DNA of 62,001 nt, the filler included, from Candidatus Fermentibacterota bacterium (GTDB lineage: Bacteria; JAFGKV01): assembly GCA_016928395.1 (NCBI GenBank). It is 4 parts of 4 records of this genome, joined end to end, with 100 filler letters (N's around TTAATTAATTAA, not from the genome) between each part and the next. Parts side by side here need not be neighbours in the genome. Positions count along the whole stretch, not along the records: positions 45,478 to 62,001 come from JAFGKV010000114.1; 3 more parts are not named here. One strand, written 5' to 3'. Position 1 is the stretch's first letter; every line of letters begins with the position of its first letter. Of the stretch, positions 50,054 to 60,622 are shown piece after piece. Under the pieces are notes generated by a model. That model was given only the letters and a program-made list of their open reading frames with translations. It ran no database searches and was not told where the DNA came from. The translations under genes were made by a program, and so were the position numbers.

Positions 50054-51444
50054 TGCCCTACCGGTGCGTAGCCGGGGAGGGCCATGACCAGTTCCCTGAA
50101 ATGCTCGCCACGTTGTTCGAACGAGCCATAGGCATCAAAGCTGGAGCAGGCCGGGCTCAAGAGCACGACATCGCCTGGCCGGGCTGAGCGGGCGGCCGCG
50201 TGCACGGCGGCGACAAGGTCGACAACGCGTTCGGCCGGCACCGCGAGCGCCAGCGCCTCCGCCAGCCGAACTCCGGCCTCGCCGTATGCAAACGCCATCC
50301 TCGCCCGATTTCGCGCCGCTTCCGCCAGCGGTGCGAAAGAAAGCCCTTTGTCCTTTCCTCCAACCAGAAGCACGACGGGCCTTTCCATGCTTGCGAGCCC
50401 CGCGGCCGCCGAATGCACGTTGGTAGCCTTGGAGTCATTCACGAAGTCTACACCTGCGACGGTACCGACCGGTTCCAAGCGGTGTGGGAGCGCACGGAAT
50501 GATGACAGGCCCACGGCCAGATGCTCGGGACGCAACTCAAGGGGAAGCACCATGGTCAATGCTGCCAGGGCGTTTTCCACATTATGATGGCCAGGCACGG
50601 GCAGGTCGCCGGCCCGCAGGATCCGTTGTCGCTCGCCTCGCCACACGTGGGTCAACCATCCTTCCATTAGACACGCACCGGCCGGAATCGACCGACGAGT
50701 GCTGAACTCCAGTACCGTGGCTCCCGCGGCGGGCACCAGGGCGCCCAAGCCCGCCCGGTCGCCGTTAATCACGGCCCAATCGCCCGGCCCTTGACGACCA
50801 AAGATCCGTGCCTTGGCCCGGGCGTAGGCATCCAGCGATCCGTGGCGCTCCAGATGGTCGGGCTCAACGTTCAGTAGCCCCGCGACCCACGGCCGGAACG
50901 ACTCCGTGGTCTCCAACTGGTAGCTACTCACCTCCACCACGGCCAGACCATTGCATGGAAGGGAAGACACCAGAGAGCTCAGAGGTGTACCGATATTGCC
51001 ACCCAGGACAACCTCCCGGCCTGCCGTTGCAATGAGGTGCGCCATCATAGCACAGGTTGTGCTCTTACCGTCTGAGCCGGTCACCGCCAGCAGGGGTGCG
51101 CGGCATGATCTGGACGCCAACTCCAACTCGCCCCATACGGGAATGCCGCGTTCTCTCGCAGCGGTCAGAAGAGGATGGGCCGGCGGTACACCCGGGCTGG
51201 ACACCACAAGTGATACCGCGGCAACGGCGTCGGCCTCCGCCACTGCGGCACCGGCAGCGATCAAAGCTTCCACTACGGGGTGACGAAGTTTTCCTCCATC
51301 GTCATCCGCAAGAAGAGGATACGCCCCTTCCCCCAAGAGCAGCGAAGCCGCCGCCTGCCCGCTTCGCCCCATGCCTACCACGAGAACCCGGTCACCGGGC
51401 CGAATGCCTCTCGTGTGGCCGGCGCACATGCGATCGAACGCCAT
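50023..51444 (-). CDS. murD: UDP-N-acetylmuramoylalanine--D-glutamate ligase
   Basis: G.GRSG, SPGVP, GGNIG, EVSSYQL, DHLERH, NDSKATN, LLSPACSSFD...FEQRG. Confidence 0.96.
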   Translation of the reverse strand: MAFDRMCAGHTRGIRPGDRVLVVGMGRSGQAAASLLLGEGAYPLLADDDGGKLRHPVVEALIAAGAAVAEADAVAAVSLVVSSPGVPPAHPLLTAARERGIPVWGELELASRSCRAPLLAVTGSDGKSTTCAMMAHLIATAGREVVLGGNIGTPLSSLVSSLPCNGLAVVEVSSYQLETTESFRPWVAGLLNVEPDHLERHGSLDAYARAKARIFGRQGPGDWAVINGDRAGLGALVPAAGATVLEFSTRRSIPAGACLMEGWLTHVWRGERQRILRAGDLPVPGHHNVENALAALTMVLPLELRPEHLAVGLSSFRALPHRLEPVGTVAGVDFVNDSKATNVHSAAAGLASMERPVVLLVGGKDKGLSFAPLAEAARNRARMAFAYGEAGVRLAEALALAVPAERVVDLVAAVHAAARSARPGDVVLLSPACSSFDAYGSFEQRGEHFRELVMALPGYAPVGHQESPKKSSR

Positions 51445-51447
51445 GAT

Positions 51448-52917
51448 TCACGCCACGTTCCGGCCACACCCGGGCCAGAGACTCGCCAGCACCTCGGCGT
51501 CGTTGAAGGGGAGAACAACGTCCCCTACTGTCTGCGTGGTCTCATGACCCTTACCCGCAACCAGCACAAGATCTCCCGGCCGGGCCCACGCCGCCGCGCG
51601 ATTCAGGGCGGCCTTCCTGTCGGGCTGAATCACCACGGATGCCGGGCCGTCCATTCCTTCCGCGATCTGGCGTATGATGGCCGATGGATCTTCGCTTCGA
51701 GGATTGTCGCTGGTGAGCAGTACCGTGTCTGCGAGCCTCGATGCTACCGAGCCCATGAGCGGGCGTTTCCCCCGGTCTCGATCACCCCCGCAGCCGAACA
51801 CCACCAAAACCTTGCCCTCGGCTACGGCGCGGGCACTGCGTAACGCACGCTCCAGAGCTTGCGGCGTATGCGCGTAGTCAACTACGGCCCAGGCCATCCC
51901 TCGCCATACCACGGGTTCAAACCTGCCCGGAATCCGGCGTACCGACTGGAGGCCCTCCACGGCCTCGGGCATCGTGAGACCCAAGGCCAGACCCGTGGCT
52001 GCGGCAGCGGCAAGATTCTCCACCTGAAAACTGCCGAGAAGCCCCGAACGCACCACAGCGCTCTGCCCATCACTCCAAAGCTCGACCTCGGTGCCCGCCA
52101 TGCTCATTCGTGAGGACCGGACCACAACATCGGCACTGCGGCCTTGGGCCGAGAACGTCACCATGGAACACCCCTGCGCTCGGACCGCCGTGGGAAGAAT
52201 CGGATCATCGCCATTCACCACAGCCCGCCCGTGGGGCACGAGCTGGTCTAGGAGCATGAGCTTGGCCCGCAGGTACTCCTCCGGCGTATGGTGGTAGTCG
52301 AGATGATCCCTTCCGAATGTGGTGAATACCGCAGCCTCGAACGACAACCCGCGTAACCGTCCCTGATGAAGGCTGTGTGAAGAGGCTTCCATGGCCACCG
52401 ACTCCGCGCCAAGGTCGGCCAGCCACCGGAGCGCGGCGTGAAGCTCGGGAGGAGGAGGCGTCGTGTGGTGAGTCGTGTGCAACTTCCCAGCGAATCGCCC
52501 ACCGAGAGTACCGAGGTAGCCGCAGGGCCTGCCGCACGCCTCCAGCATGCCTGCGATCAGGCAGGCAACCGAGGTCTTGCCATCGGTGCCGGTGACTCCG
52601 ATCAGCCTCAGGCCACGCTGGGGATACCCGTAGAAGGCAGCAGCGAACACCGAGAGAGCGTTGAGCGAATTGTCCACCACGACCATCGTGATGTGACGGG
52701 GGACGTCCAGAACCCGCTCGGCCACCACGACCGAGGCCCCCCGGGTAATCGCATCACCGATGAAGACATCTCCATGCTGGTGAGTACCCCGGACGGCAAC
52801 AAACACCCACCCCCGCCCCACCAGGCGCGAGTCTGCCGTCACGCCGGCGACTTCGACATGGGGCTCGCCAATGATCCGGGCTCTGATGTCGCACAGCAGC
52901 GACGAGAGCATTGCCAC
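51448..52917 (-). CDS. murE: UDP-N-acetylmuramoyl-dipeptide--meso-DAP ligase
   Basis: TGTDGKT, ME.SSH, DHLDYH, DYAHTP, FGCGGDRD.GKRP.MG, DNPR (mDAP-type), GKGHE; GTG 52917 after GGAGG (ATG 52911 alternative). Confidence 0.96.
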   Translation of the reverse strand: MAMLSSLLCDIRARIIGEPHVEVAGVTADSRLVGRGWVFVAVRGTHQHGDVFIGDAITRGASVVVAERVLDVPRHITMVVVDNSLNALSVFAAAFYGYPQRGLRLIGVTGTDGKTSVACLIAGMLEACGRPCGYLGTLGGRFAGKLHTTHHTTPPPPELHAALRWLADLGAESVAMEASSHSLHQGRLRGLSFEAAVFTTFGRDHLDYHHTPEEYLRAKLMLLDQLVPHGRAVVNGDDPILPTAVRAQGCSMVTFSAQGRSADVVVRSSRMSMAGTEVELWSDGQSAVVRSGLLGSFQVENLAAAAATGLALGLTMPEAVEGLQSVRRIPGRFEPVVWRGMAWAVVDYAHTPQALERALRSARAVAEGKVLVVFGCGGDRDRGKRPLMGSVASRLADTVLLTSDNPRSEDPSAIIRQIAEGMDGPASVVIQPDRKAALNRAAAWARPGDLVLVAGKGHETTQTVGDVVLPFNDAEVLASLWPGCGRNVA

Positions 52918-53019
52918 GATGCATCCTCCGACGAAAGGTGGATATGGACCGGTCTTGGCCCTACCTTCAGAGCCAGTTTGTGTCATCTCGTGAGCACACG
53001 CGCAATTAAGGAGGCCCTC

Positions 53020-53340
53020 GTGTCAGGTCCAGGCATTCCCGTCCAGTTAGGCGAGAAGGAGGCCCAGGGCGTCTACGCCAATCTCGTACTCATTTCCCAC
53101 TCGTCGTCGGAATTCGTCCTCGATTTCGCCAAGATGCTCCCCGGTCTTCAGCGAGCCACCGTGCAATCTCGGGTGGTAATGAACCCCCAGCACACCAAGC
53201 TCTTCCTGCGCGCTTTGGAGGAGAACATCGCGAAGCACGAGGAGAAATACGGAGCCATCCGGATGCCTGACAAAGATCAAGCCAAAGGCGAGATCGGGTT
53301 CAAATCCCCGGAGATAGTCGTCAACGGCCGGCAAGGATAG
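53020..53340 (+). CDS. DUF3467 family protein
   Basis: GVYANL..ISHS.SEFVLDF...P...A.V.SRV.M.PQH.K; AAGGAGG SD before GTG. Confidence 0.85.
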   Translation: MSGPGIPVQLGEKEAQGVYANLVLISHSSSEFVLDFAKMLPGLQRATVQSRVVMNPQHTKLFLRALEENIAKHEEKYGAIRMPDKDQAKGEIGFKSPEIVVNGRQG

Positions 53341-53506
53341 GCGCCGGTGTCATGTCCTGGGGTCATCGGCGCATTCTGCGACTGGACGTCACAACCACCG
53401 GTAATGCTCGCCGGTGAGTGCACACACGGATGCCTGCTCTCACCGGGCCGTGGTTGTCGATCGTCTCAATTCTGTGGGTGTCTGCAACGTGTTCCTGGAC
53501 AACACG

Positions 53507-54226
53507 CTATAGGGTGGCACGTTTGTGCTCGAATGCGCGGCAGATCATATCGAGGATTGCCTCCTCATCCAGAAACTGGGCGTTGACTACCAGATCATAG
53601 GCCTCGGGATCCTCAATGTCGCGTTTGAAGTAGTCTTCAACGAATTGACTTCTGGCGCTATCTATCTCCGCCAGAGTGATCTCCGCTTCCGTGTATGAGA
53701 TCTGCCGGGATTCCTGTAGCCTGGCAAGCCTTTGCTCGAACGGCTCTATGATCCGCACATTGAGTACCGATGGACCACGCAAGATGAACGCGGCGCCCCG
53801 GCCCATGATCAGACAGGACCCGTTCTCGGCAATCTGGTGGACTATGCGTACGAGATCCCGACCGAAGTCTTCCGCCACTACATACGGGCTTCCCAACAGA
53901 CTGCTTACCAGGAAGCTGAAGTCAGTGCTGCTATCCTCATCCAGTGCCGAAAGAATGTCACGAGAAACCTTGGACTGCCGTGCGAGATTGTCCAGTATTT
54001 CCGAATCGTACCGCTCGAAACCCAATCTCGGCGCCAGCCGATGACCGACTGCTTCCCCCTTCGACCCCCACTGTACGGCCAGAGTGATGCACGGCTGGCC
54101 TTCATAGAGCCGGTGAGAAGGCACAGTGACCCGCTTGCGAGAGGCACGGTCCGACCCTTGGCTTTTTCGCTTGAACACGGACGAGATTCTCACGTGTTTT
54201 CCCCGTGTCGAAAGATGTCTCATCAC
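53507..54226 (-). CDS. Cytidylate kinase-like family protein (start uncertain)
   Basis: GSKG..VG..LA..LG, C.IMGRG..FIL, R..F...YF...DP..YDLV.N. Confidence 0.8.
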   Translation of the reverse strand: MMRHLSTRGKHVRISSVFKRKSQGSDRASRKRVTVPSHRLYEGQPCITLAVQWGSKGEAVGHRLAPRLGFERYDSEILDNLARQSKVSRDILSALDEDSSTDFSFLVSSLLGSPYVVAEDFGRDLVRIVHQIAENGSCLIMGRGAAFILRGPSVLNVRIIEPFEQRLARLQESRQISYTEAEITLAEIDSARSQFVEDYFKRDIEDPEAYDLVVNAQFLDEEAILDMICRAFEHKRATL

Positions 54227-54314
54227 TATCCACCGGCACGATAGGTGCCTTTTCCCGCTCTGTCAAGACGAGACTGACCGGGGCCACCCACCATCTTTCT
54301 CCAGGAGAATACCA

Positions 54315-54842
54315 ATGATACGGCTCGGCAACGCTACAGTCCACCTGATGAATGCCCCCCTCACCGCCCAGGATGTTGATCTTCTCGTAAGCCCCGCCAA
54401 TACCTATCTCTGGATGAAACATGGCGTGGCCGGAGATGTGAAGCATCAGGGAGGCGACGTCATCGAAAGGGAGGCACTGGCCAAAGGCCCCATATCGTTG
54501 GGCGATGTCGCGATCACGGGGCCTGGCTCGTTACCCTGCCGCCGCATCGCCCACGCGGCGGTCATGGCGCAGGACCTCAGAGTATCCCAGGAATCGATCC
54601 GAACCGCCGTGGCCAGACTCATGGAGGTTGCCGAGGAAAACAAAACGCGTTCCCTTGCTATCCCGCCCATGGCCTCCGGTACCGGTTCCCCTACGGCCGA
54701 GGTGGTAGCCGCGGCAATGTTCGAACCCATGATCGAGTTTCTCCCGGACGCACAGCATATCCGCGAGGTACGCATCTGCCTTCCCGATGAAGAATACCTC
54801 AGGTTGTACAAGGACGTCTTGGGGCGTTTCTTCGCAGTATAG
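54315..54842 (+). CDS. Macro-domain (ADP-ribose-binding/Appr-1-p processing) protein
   Basis: VD.LV.PAN..L.M..GVA, T..G.LP...I.HA.VM, SLAIP.M.SG.G; AGGAG SD. Confidence 0.85.
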   Translation: MIRLGNATVHLMNAPLTAQDVDLLVSPANTYLWMKHGVAGDVKHQGGDVIEREALAKGPISLGDVAITGPGSLPCRRIAHAAVMAQDLRVSQESIRTAVARLMEVAEENKTRSLAIPPMASGTGSPTAEVVAAAMFEPMIEFLPDAQHIREVRICLPDEEYLRLYKDVLGRFFAV

Positions 54843-55011
54843 CTGACAGGTCACGAGGCCGCCGATCCGTCACCGAGGTCCTGGGCACCGATGCCACGCA
54901 CGGAACTCTGACGCCTCGGCGGCTGGCCTGGACAAGCTCAGGCTCGGGACGTAACCTGATAGGAATAACTCCAACAGGGCACAGGCTCGACGGGCGAAGC
55001 TGCTCCGGTGT

Positions 55012-55440
55012 ATGGAGGTACCCATGGTTCTGGGCTCCGGGAAGGAAATCGAGGTTGTAGGAGATCGTGTCCTCATTCTGCCCGACGAGGGCGAGGAACG
55101 AACGGAGGTTGGTCTCTACCTTCCCCGCCCCACAGCGGAGAAGGCAACGGTGCAGGCCGGCACCATCATGGAGGTGGGGCCGGGGCTGCTGGTCGTGGAG
55201 CCGACAGGAAACGATGAGGAACCCTGGAGGTTGGACGAGCCCGAACCCCGACACGTCAAGATGCAGGCAACTATCGGCGACTACGCGGTGTTCTTGAGGA
55301 AGCCAGCCGTGGAGATACGGCTGGAAGGGCAAAACTACCTTGTGGTTCCGCACTCGGCAATTCTGGTGCTCATGCGCAATCACCGCGAGGAGCCGGAACA
55401 GCCACCCGATGAATTCAAGACACCTGAAAGCTGGGAGTAG
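55012..55440 (+). CDS. GroES/Cpn10-family co-chaperone (orphan; alternative start 55024)
   Basis: GDRVLI.P...EE.T..GLYLP, G.I..VGPG, GD.A.F, Y.VV..S.IL. Confidence 0.8.
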   Translation: MEVPMVLGSGKEIEVVGDRVLILPDEGEERTEVGLYLPRPTAEKATVQAGTIMEVGPGLLVVEPTGNDEEPWRLDEPEPRHVKMQATIGDYAVFLRKPAVEIRLEGQNYLVVPHSAILVLMRNHREEPEQPPDEFKTPESWE

Positions 55441-55445
55441 CGCAT

Positions 55446-56558
55446 ATGGCAAGTACTACATCAACAGTCGCAGTCCTCAAGACGACTCCAGACCGTGTGC
55501 TGGCTGATTATGCGCGGCTCATGGAACTCGCGGGCATTCGATCCGCCCTGAACCCTGAGGCAACCACCATCCTGAAAGACAACATTTCGTGGCATTACCC
55601 CTTCCCCAGCGCCAACACCACGCCGTGGCAGTTGGAAGGCGCCATTCTCGCCCTCCGAGAGGCAGGGTTCAGCGACCTCGTCTGCGTGCAGAACAAAACG
55701 GTAGTCATCAATGCGTTCAAGGGCGAAGACCTCAACCTGTACGTGCCCATCTTCAAGGCCTATGGCATCCCGGTCCTCTACAACTTCAAGCGTTCGGACA
55801 TGCAGTGGGTGGACTTCAAGCCTTCGGCACCGCTGGCAGTGCTCGATCGCATCTTTCCGGAAGGGATCAAGGTGCCGGATTTCTTCCTGGGCAAGAACAT
55901 TGTCCACCTTCCGACCGTGAAGTGCCACATCTACACCACCACCACCGGCGCCATGAAGAACGCGTTCGGCGGACTGCTGAACACGTACCGCCACTACACT
56001 CATACCTGGATACACGAGACTCTGGTTGACCTCCTCACGATCCAGAAAGAACTCCACCCTGGCATCTTCGCAGTAATGGACGGCACTACCGCCGGGAATG
56101 GCCCCGGTCCGCGCACCATGCGCCCCGTGGTCAAGAACGTCATCCTGGCCAGCGCCGACCAGGTCGCCATCGATGCCGTCGCCGCCCGTCTTATGGGATT
56201 TGACCCTCTGAGCATCGGGTACATACGACTGGCCCACGAGCGTGGTCTCGGATGCGGAGATCCCGCAGACATCAGGGTGGTCGGTGACGACATCACGGGA
56301 GAGAGCTGGGGGTTCGCCGTGGGGCATTCCGTGCACCGGCTCCTCGGGTGGCTCTCCTGGTATGGACCGACACGCTGCCTTCAAAAGCTCATCTTCCGCA
56401 CACCCCTGGTCGCCATTCCCATTCTGGTGTCAGAGGCAAACCACGACTACCTCCATTGGCCCCTCAAGGAGAAGCGGATCTACCAAGAGTGGGAACGATC
56501 GACTCCGTGGGGCGCTCTCTTTCAGCGCTACCGCAGTGAAGGCCACCTCGGCCGGTAG
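55446..56558 (+). CDS. DUF362 domain protein
   Basis: LKDNISWH, LPTVKCH..TT.TGAMKN.FG, D.VAIDAVAA.LMG.DP. Confidence 0.85.
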   Translation: MASTTSTVAVLKTTPDRVLADYARLMELAGIRSALNPEATTILKDNISWHYPFPSANTTPWQLEGAILALREAGFSDLVCVQNKTVVINAFKGEDLNLYVPIFKAYGIPVLYNFKRSDMQWVDFKPSAPLAVLDRIFPEGIKVPDFFLGKNIVHLPTVKCHIYTTTTGAMKNAFGGLLNTYRHYTHTWIHETLVDLLTIQKELHPGIFAVMDGTTAGNGPGPRTMRPVVKNVILASADQVAIDAVAARLMGFDPLSIGYIRLAHERGLGCGDPADIRVVGDDITGESWGFAVGHSVHRLLGWLSWYGPTRCLQKLIFRTPLVAIPILVSEANHDYLHWPLKEKRIYQEWERSTPWGALFQRYRSEGHLGR

Positions 56559-56570
56559 CCAACCGACGCC

Positions 56571-57737
56571 GTGGAACAACCCAGCGGCAGTCATTGCGCT
56601 GTGGAGGCGCCTCGATTCAGGCTTCTGGTGATCCTGAATCGAGGCGCGATAAACGGCGCCGTTCGCCAGATGACCCATTGGCTTCCCCGGCTATCAAGAG
56701 GGCGATTCGAGATCACGGTGGCGTTTCTCCGGGATTCAGGTCCATGGGGGGCTCGGCTGCTGCCGGCGGATGGTGCCGTGTGGGCGAGCATGCTGCGATG
56801 CCGCCTGGATCCGGTAGGCGCCGCGAGGCTGGGCCTGAAGGCTCGGAGTTGGCGCCCCGACGTGGTCTTTTCGATAGACGAACGCAATAGCATGGTGCTC
56901 TCCCGCTGGGTGGGTCTCCTGACGGGAGCGACGGTCGTGACTGCCATTCACTCTACGCCCCGAGTCGGCCGTTCTCCGTGGTGGGACCGGTTGACCCGCG
57001 GCCAAGTCTCCCGCTTCCTCGCTCTCTCGCCAGCCCATGCGCGGCATCTGGAAACAGCCGGGGTGTTGACCCATCGAATTATCGTCGTACCCAACGGAGT
57101 CGTGGATCAGGATCCGGTCGAGCGACCGCGGCCCCCGGGGCACCCCGTGGTGTGCGTGTTTGCCGGCGTTCTGCGGGGAGACAAACGTGTCGATGTGCTC
57201 CTGAAGGCCATGGCCCTGTGCGCCCAGCACGCACCCCTGCTCAGACTCCACGTCGCAGGAGACGGCCCCGAAGCCCCACGACTGCGGTCGACCGCCAGGG
57301 CTCTGGGCATCGACGCACGGGTGAGCTGGCTTGGCTGCGTCGACGACGTCAACTCCGTGCTTCGAGAGGCCGACATTCTGGTGTTGCCCTCCGACGCAGG
57401 GGTGGAAACCTTGTCCATGGCCGCCTTGGAAGCGATGGCCGTTGGCCTTCCTGTAATCGCGACCGATGTGGGGTCCATGGAGGACGCCATCACCCCGGAT
57501 GTCGGCATTCTTGTCAAGCCGGGGAATCCGGATTCCCTTGCCAACGCATTGATGCGACTTTATGAGGACGGAAGCCTCCGCGCTGCCTTGGGACGCGCCG
57601 CCTGGCGGAGGCAGCGGCGATTGTTCTCCTCCTCGTCTCTATGCAGCCGGATGGAAGCAGTACTTACGGACGCAGCACGGCAACGGATCTCATCCCAGGT
57701 ACAACCCATAGAGAACCCCGGGCGGAACGTGCCCTGA
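56571..57737 (+). CDS. GT4 family glycosyltransferase
   Basis: VVPNGV, GDGP, ETLSMAALEAMAVGLPVIATDVG. Confidence 0.9.
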   Translation: MEQPSGSHCAVEAPRFRLLVILNRGAINGAVRQMTHWLPRLSRGRFEITVAFLRDSGPWGARLLPADGAVWASMLRCRLDPVGAARLGLKARSWRPDVVFSIDERNSMVLSRWVGLLTGATVVTAIHSTPRVGRSPWWDRLTRGQVSRFLALSPAHARHLETAGVLTHRIIVVPNGVVDQDPVERPRPPGHPVVCVFAGVLRGDKRVDVLLKAMALCAQHAPLLRLHVAGDGPEAPRLRSTARALGIDARVSWLGCVDDVNSVLREADILVLPSDAGVETLSMAALEAMAVGLPVIATDVGSMEDAITPDVGILVKPGNPDSLANALMRLYEDGSLRAALGRAAWRRQRRLFSSSSLCSRMEAVLTDAARQRISSQVQPIENPGRNVP

Positions 57738-58855
57738 TGCGCGTACTGCTGCTCTCCACCTCGTTTCGCCTGGAAGGCCCTGCCAACACCTTCATCCATA
57801 TCGCCCGGTACAGCCGTTCGGCCGGTATTGACCTGATGGCCGGCGCCCTGGCGGGGCGAGGCCCGGCCGAAGCGATCTACCGAAAGCTTGGAGTGCCTAC
57901 GGTGTACTTCGGCCGTCCCGGTGTGGCCGGCATGGGCATCGCGTCCCGGCTCCGGCGGTTCCTCTCCTCGGAAGGGGTGGATGTGGTGTGCTGCCAACTC
58001 TTGCGCGGTGAGGTGGTGGGTGCATTGGCAACCCGAGATCTTTCCACCTGCCGCGTGGTGTGCGTCGTACAGAACGAAGACCCCTACCGCATTCTCACGA
58101 AGAACCCACCCAAGGCCCTGCTGTCTCGTTGGGCTCTGGGACGTGCCGCCAGGGTCGTGGCAGTATCTCGGTCACTGGCTGATTTCATCACGCAGCACCA
58201 GCGCGTGCCTCCCGAATCGGTGACGGTTGTTCCCAATGCCGTGGACCCGGCCAAGTTCCCCACGCGGGCTGCGGCCTCGCGACCTCAAGACTTACCCGCC
58301 GGAGGACCGTTGCTGGGCTGTGTGGGCAGGTTGGCACCCCAGAAGGGCCAGCGGATCTTGATATCTGCCTTTCACCGCCTGGTCCGTTCCCTCCCCGATG
58401 CATCGCTTCTCTTGGTGGGCGACGGCCCGAATCGCCAGGCACTGGCACGCCTGGCCGATCGCGGCGCGGGCGCATCTCGAATCCATCTCACGGGATGGAA
58501 ACGCTCGGTTGGCCCGTATCTGCCGTTTCTTGACGTCTATGTGCAGCCTTCGATGTGGGAGGGCATGCCATTTGCCACGCTGGAGGCCATGGCGTCGGGC
58601 GTCGCGGTGGTGGCATCCTCCGTCGGAGGCCTATCGGAGATCCTGGGAAATGAGTGCGGCGTGCTGGTACCCCCAGGGAACGATGTCGCCCTTGCTGATG
58701 CAATCCTGAAGCTACTGTGCGACGATGAGGCACGGACCGCCATGGCCCGGTCCGGAAGGCGGCGAGTGCACAGCCACTATCGCGCCGATCAGATGGCCAC
58801 GGCGTATTTCCGCCTTTTCGGGCAGGTCGCCTCAGAAGCACCAAGATCGTCATGA
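57737..58855 (+). CDS. GT4 family glycosyltransferase
   Basis: VGRL..QKG, GDGP, PS.WEGMP..LEAMASG; ATG overlaps the upstream TGA. Confidence 0.9.
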   Translation: MRVLLLSTSFRLEGPANTFIHIARYSRSAGIDLMAGALAGRGPAEAIYRKLGVPTVYFGRPGVAGMGIASRLRRFLSSEGVDVVCCQLLRGEVVGALATRDLSTCRVVCVVQNEDPYRILTKNPPKALLSRWALGRAARVVAVSRSLADFITQHQRVPPESVTVVPNAVDPAKFPTRAAASRPQDLPAGGPLLGCVGRLAPQKGQRILISAFHRLVRSLPDASLLLVGDGPNRQALARLADRGAGASRIHLTGWKRSVGPYLPFLDVYVQPSMWEGMPFATLEAMASGVAVVASSVGGLSEILGNECGVLVPPGNDVALADAILKLLCDDEARTAMARSGRRRVHSHYRADQMATAYFRLFGQVASEAPRSS

Positions 58856-58886
58856 TCCATGAACCACGAGTGACGGAGAGCCAGCC

Positions 58887-60080
58887 GTGCGCGTGCTGAT
58901 GATGAACCACAATGTCCGTGGACGCAGTACCTACTTCCGGGCTCTGGGTCTCGCCCGCCATCTGGTGCACACCGGCCATCAGGTCTGGCTCATGACCATT
59001 TCACCGACGGCGCGGTTCGCCTTCAGCGAGGACGAGGTTGACGGTGTTCGTCTTGTGGAGACACCGGATTTGCTCTGGGGCAACCTTCGAACAGGATGGG
59101 ATCCGTGGGACTGCTTCCGCAGGTGGAGCCATGGCAGGCGAATGGGGCGCTTCGATGTGGTGCACGCGTTCGACAATCGCCCCGCGGTTATCCTCCCCTC
59201 GCTGGCGTTGGCCAGGGGATGGGGTGTCCCACTGTGCTCGGACTGGGCGGACTGGTGGGGCGGAAAGGGAGGCGTGATCAACGCCACGAGACCGTGGTTT
59301 GTCCGCATACCTTTCGGTTGGCTTGAGACCTTCTTCGAGGAGCACTTCCGATCCTACGCCGCGCTGCTGACGGTCACCTCACGCGCCCTGCAAACACGCG
59401 CCATTGCCATGGGCATCCCGACCTCCCGCGTACACTACCTTCCTTCGGGCGCAGATGTGGAGCGCATAGTCCCCCAGAATGCGGCTGAGGCCAGGCGACG
59501 ACTCGGGCTCCCCATGGAACCAGCAATAGTGGAGTACATGGGCTTTGTCCAGTATGATGTCGGCCTGGCCCTGGAAGCCTTTGCCCTGCTGCGCCGCCGC
59601 GGACGAGACGCGATGTTTCTCCTGGTTGGACCAGGCTCCCGCAGAATCATGGATCTGGCGCGACACGCGGGCCTGCGAGTGGGACAAGACCTTGTCGTGA
59701 CGGGGCCGCAGCCATCCGATTCCATGACCTGGTGGCTGGGCGCAGCCGATGTGCTGCTGTTGCCCTTTCAGAACACGCAATACAACCTGGGGCGCGGGCC
59801 CATCAAGCTCGGCGACTATCTCGCGTCGGGTCGCCCGTTGGTGACGAATCCGGTGGGCGATGTGGGAGAACTGCTGTTGTCCTGGCCTTTCGGTCTCGCC
59901 GCGGATGAGACCCCAGAAGACTTCGCCGACAAAATCGAGATGTTGCTGGACGATCGCGCCCTGCGGCAACAGATGGGTCGCACGGCTCGGACGGTTGCGG
60001 AGGGTCCTTTGAGTTGGGCTTCCTCAGGGGAGCAACTGAGAAACTTGTACGAGAGAGTGGTCGGCCATCACGCCGTTTGA
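58887..60080 (+). CDS. GT4 family glycosyltransferase
   Basis: ADVLLLP...N..R.PIKLGDYLASGRPLV...VGD. Confidence 0.88.
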   Translation: MRVLMMNHNVRGRSTYFRALGLARHLVHTGHQVWLMTISPTARFAFSEDEVDGVRLVETPDLLWGNLRTGWDPWDCFRRWSHGRRMGRFDVVHAFDNRPAVILPSLALARGWGVPLCSDWADWWGGKGGVINATRPWFVRIPFGWLETFFEEHFRSYAALLTVTSRALQTRAIAMGIPTSRVHYLPSGADVERIVPQNAAEARRRLGLPMEPAIVEYMGFVQYDVGLALEAFALLRRRGRDAMFLLVGPGSRRIMDLARHAGLRVGQDLVVTGPQPSDSMTWWLGAADVLLLPFQNTQYNLGRGPIKLGDYLASGRPLVTNPVGDVGELLLSWPFGLAADETPEDFADKIEMLLDDRALRQQMGRTARTVAEGPLSWASSGEQLRNLYERVVGHHAV

Positions 60081-60154
60081 CGCCGGCACTGCAGCGCGTA
60101 TACTACCTGTCTGGATCCGTGCTGCTCTCCCTGGAGCCTCCTACCATGAGGTGA

Positions 60155-60622
60155 ATGGTGTGTCTCGGAAAGAACATGATCCCGGTCGTGTGGGTTATGG
60201 TGGTGCTGGCCTGCGGGCGGCAGCAACGACCGCCTGCGCATGAGGGCCGGAGGATCCTCGAAATTCCTGCCTCCTCGTTCGGTCTTGATGTGGGCTCCTT
60301 CCTGGGCACCGAATGGGCTCTGTGGCGTGTGGGAGCGTTGGTGGATACCCTCGTCTTGCACGAGCCCGTGATGTCCCTGGCCGTGGAGGCACGAGGCACT
60401 CCGTGCGGACGGTCATGGCCCGTGGTCGAATGCTCATGGAATGGCATCCGTCTGGGCAGGTTCGAGGTTGCGTCGTCGGGATGGGCATGGTACCGCCTGG
60501 ATCACCGGATGGAACCGGGAAATGGTGTGCTAAGGATCGCCTTGCTGAACGACCGGTTTTCGCCCCAGGGTGATCTCAATCTCTTCGTCAAATCTGTCGT
60601 CCTATCGGGAGAACAAAGGTGA
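60155..60622 (+). CDS. Putative lipoprotein with carbohydrate-binding-like beta-sandwich
   Basis: Lipobox-like VLAC; C-terminal LRIALLND....DLNLFV resembling the CBM60-like NDxxxxDRNL motif; alternative start 60176. Confidence 0.5.
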   Translation: MVCLGKNMIPVVWVMVVLACGRQQRPPAHEGRRILEIPASSFGLDVGSFLGTEWALWRVGALVDTLVLHEPVMSLAVEARGTPCGRSWPVVECSWNGIRLGRFEVASSGWAWYRLDHRMEPGNGVLRIALLNDRFSPQGDLNLFVKSVVLSGEQR

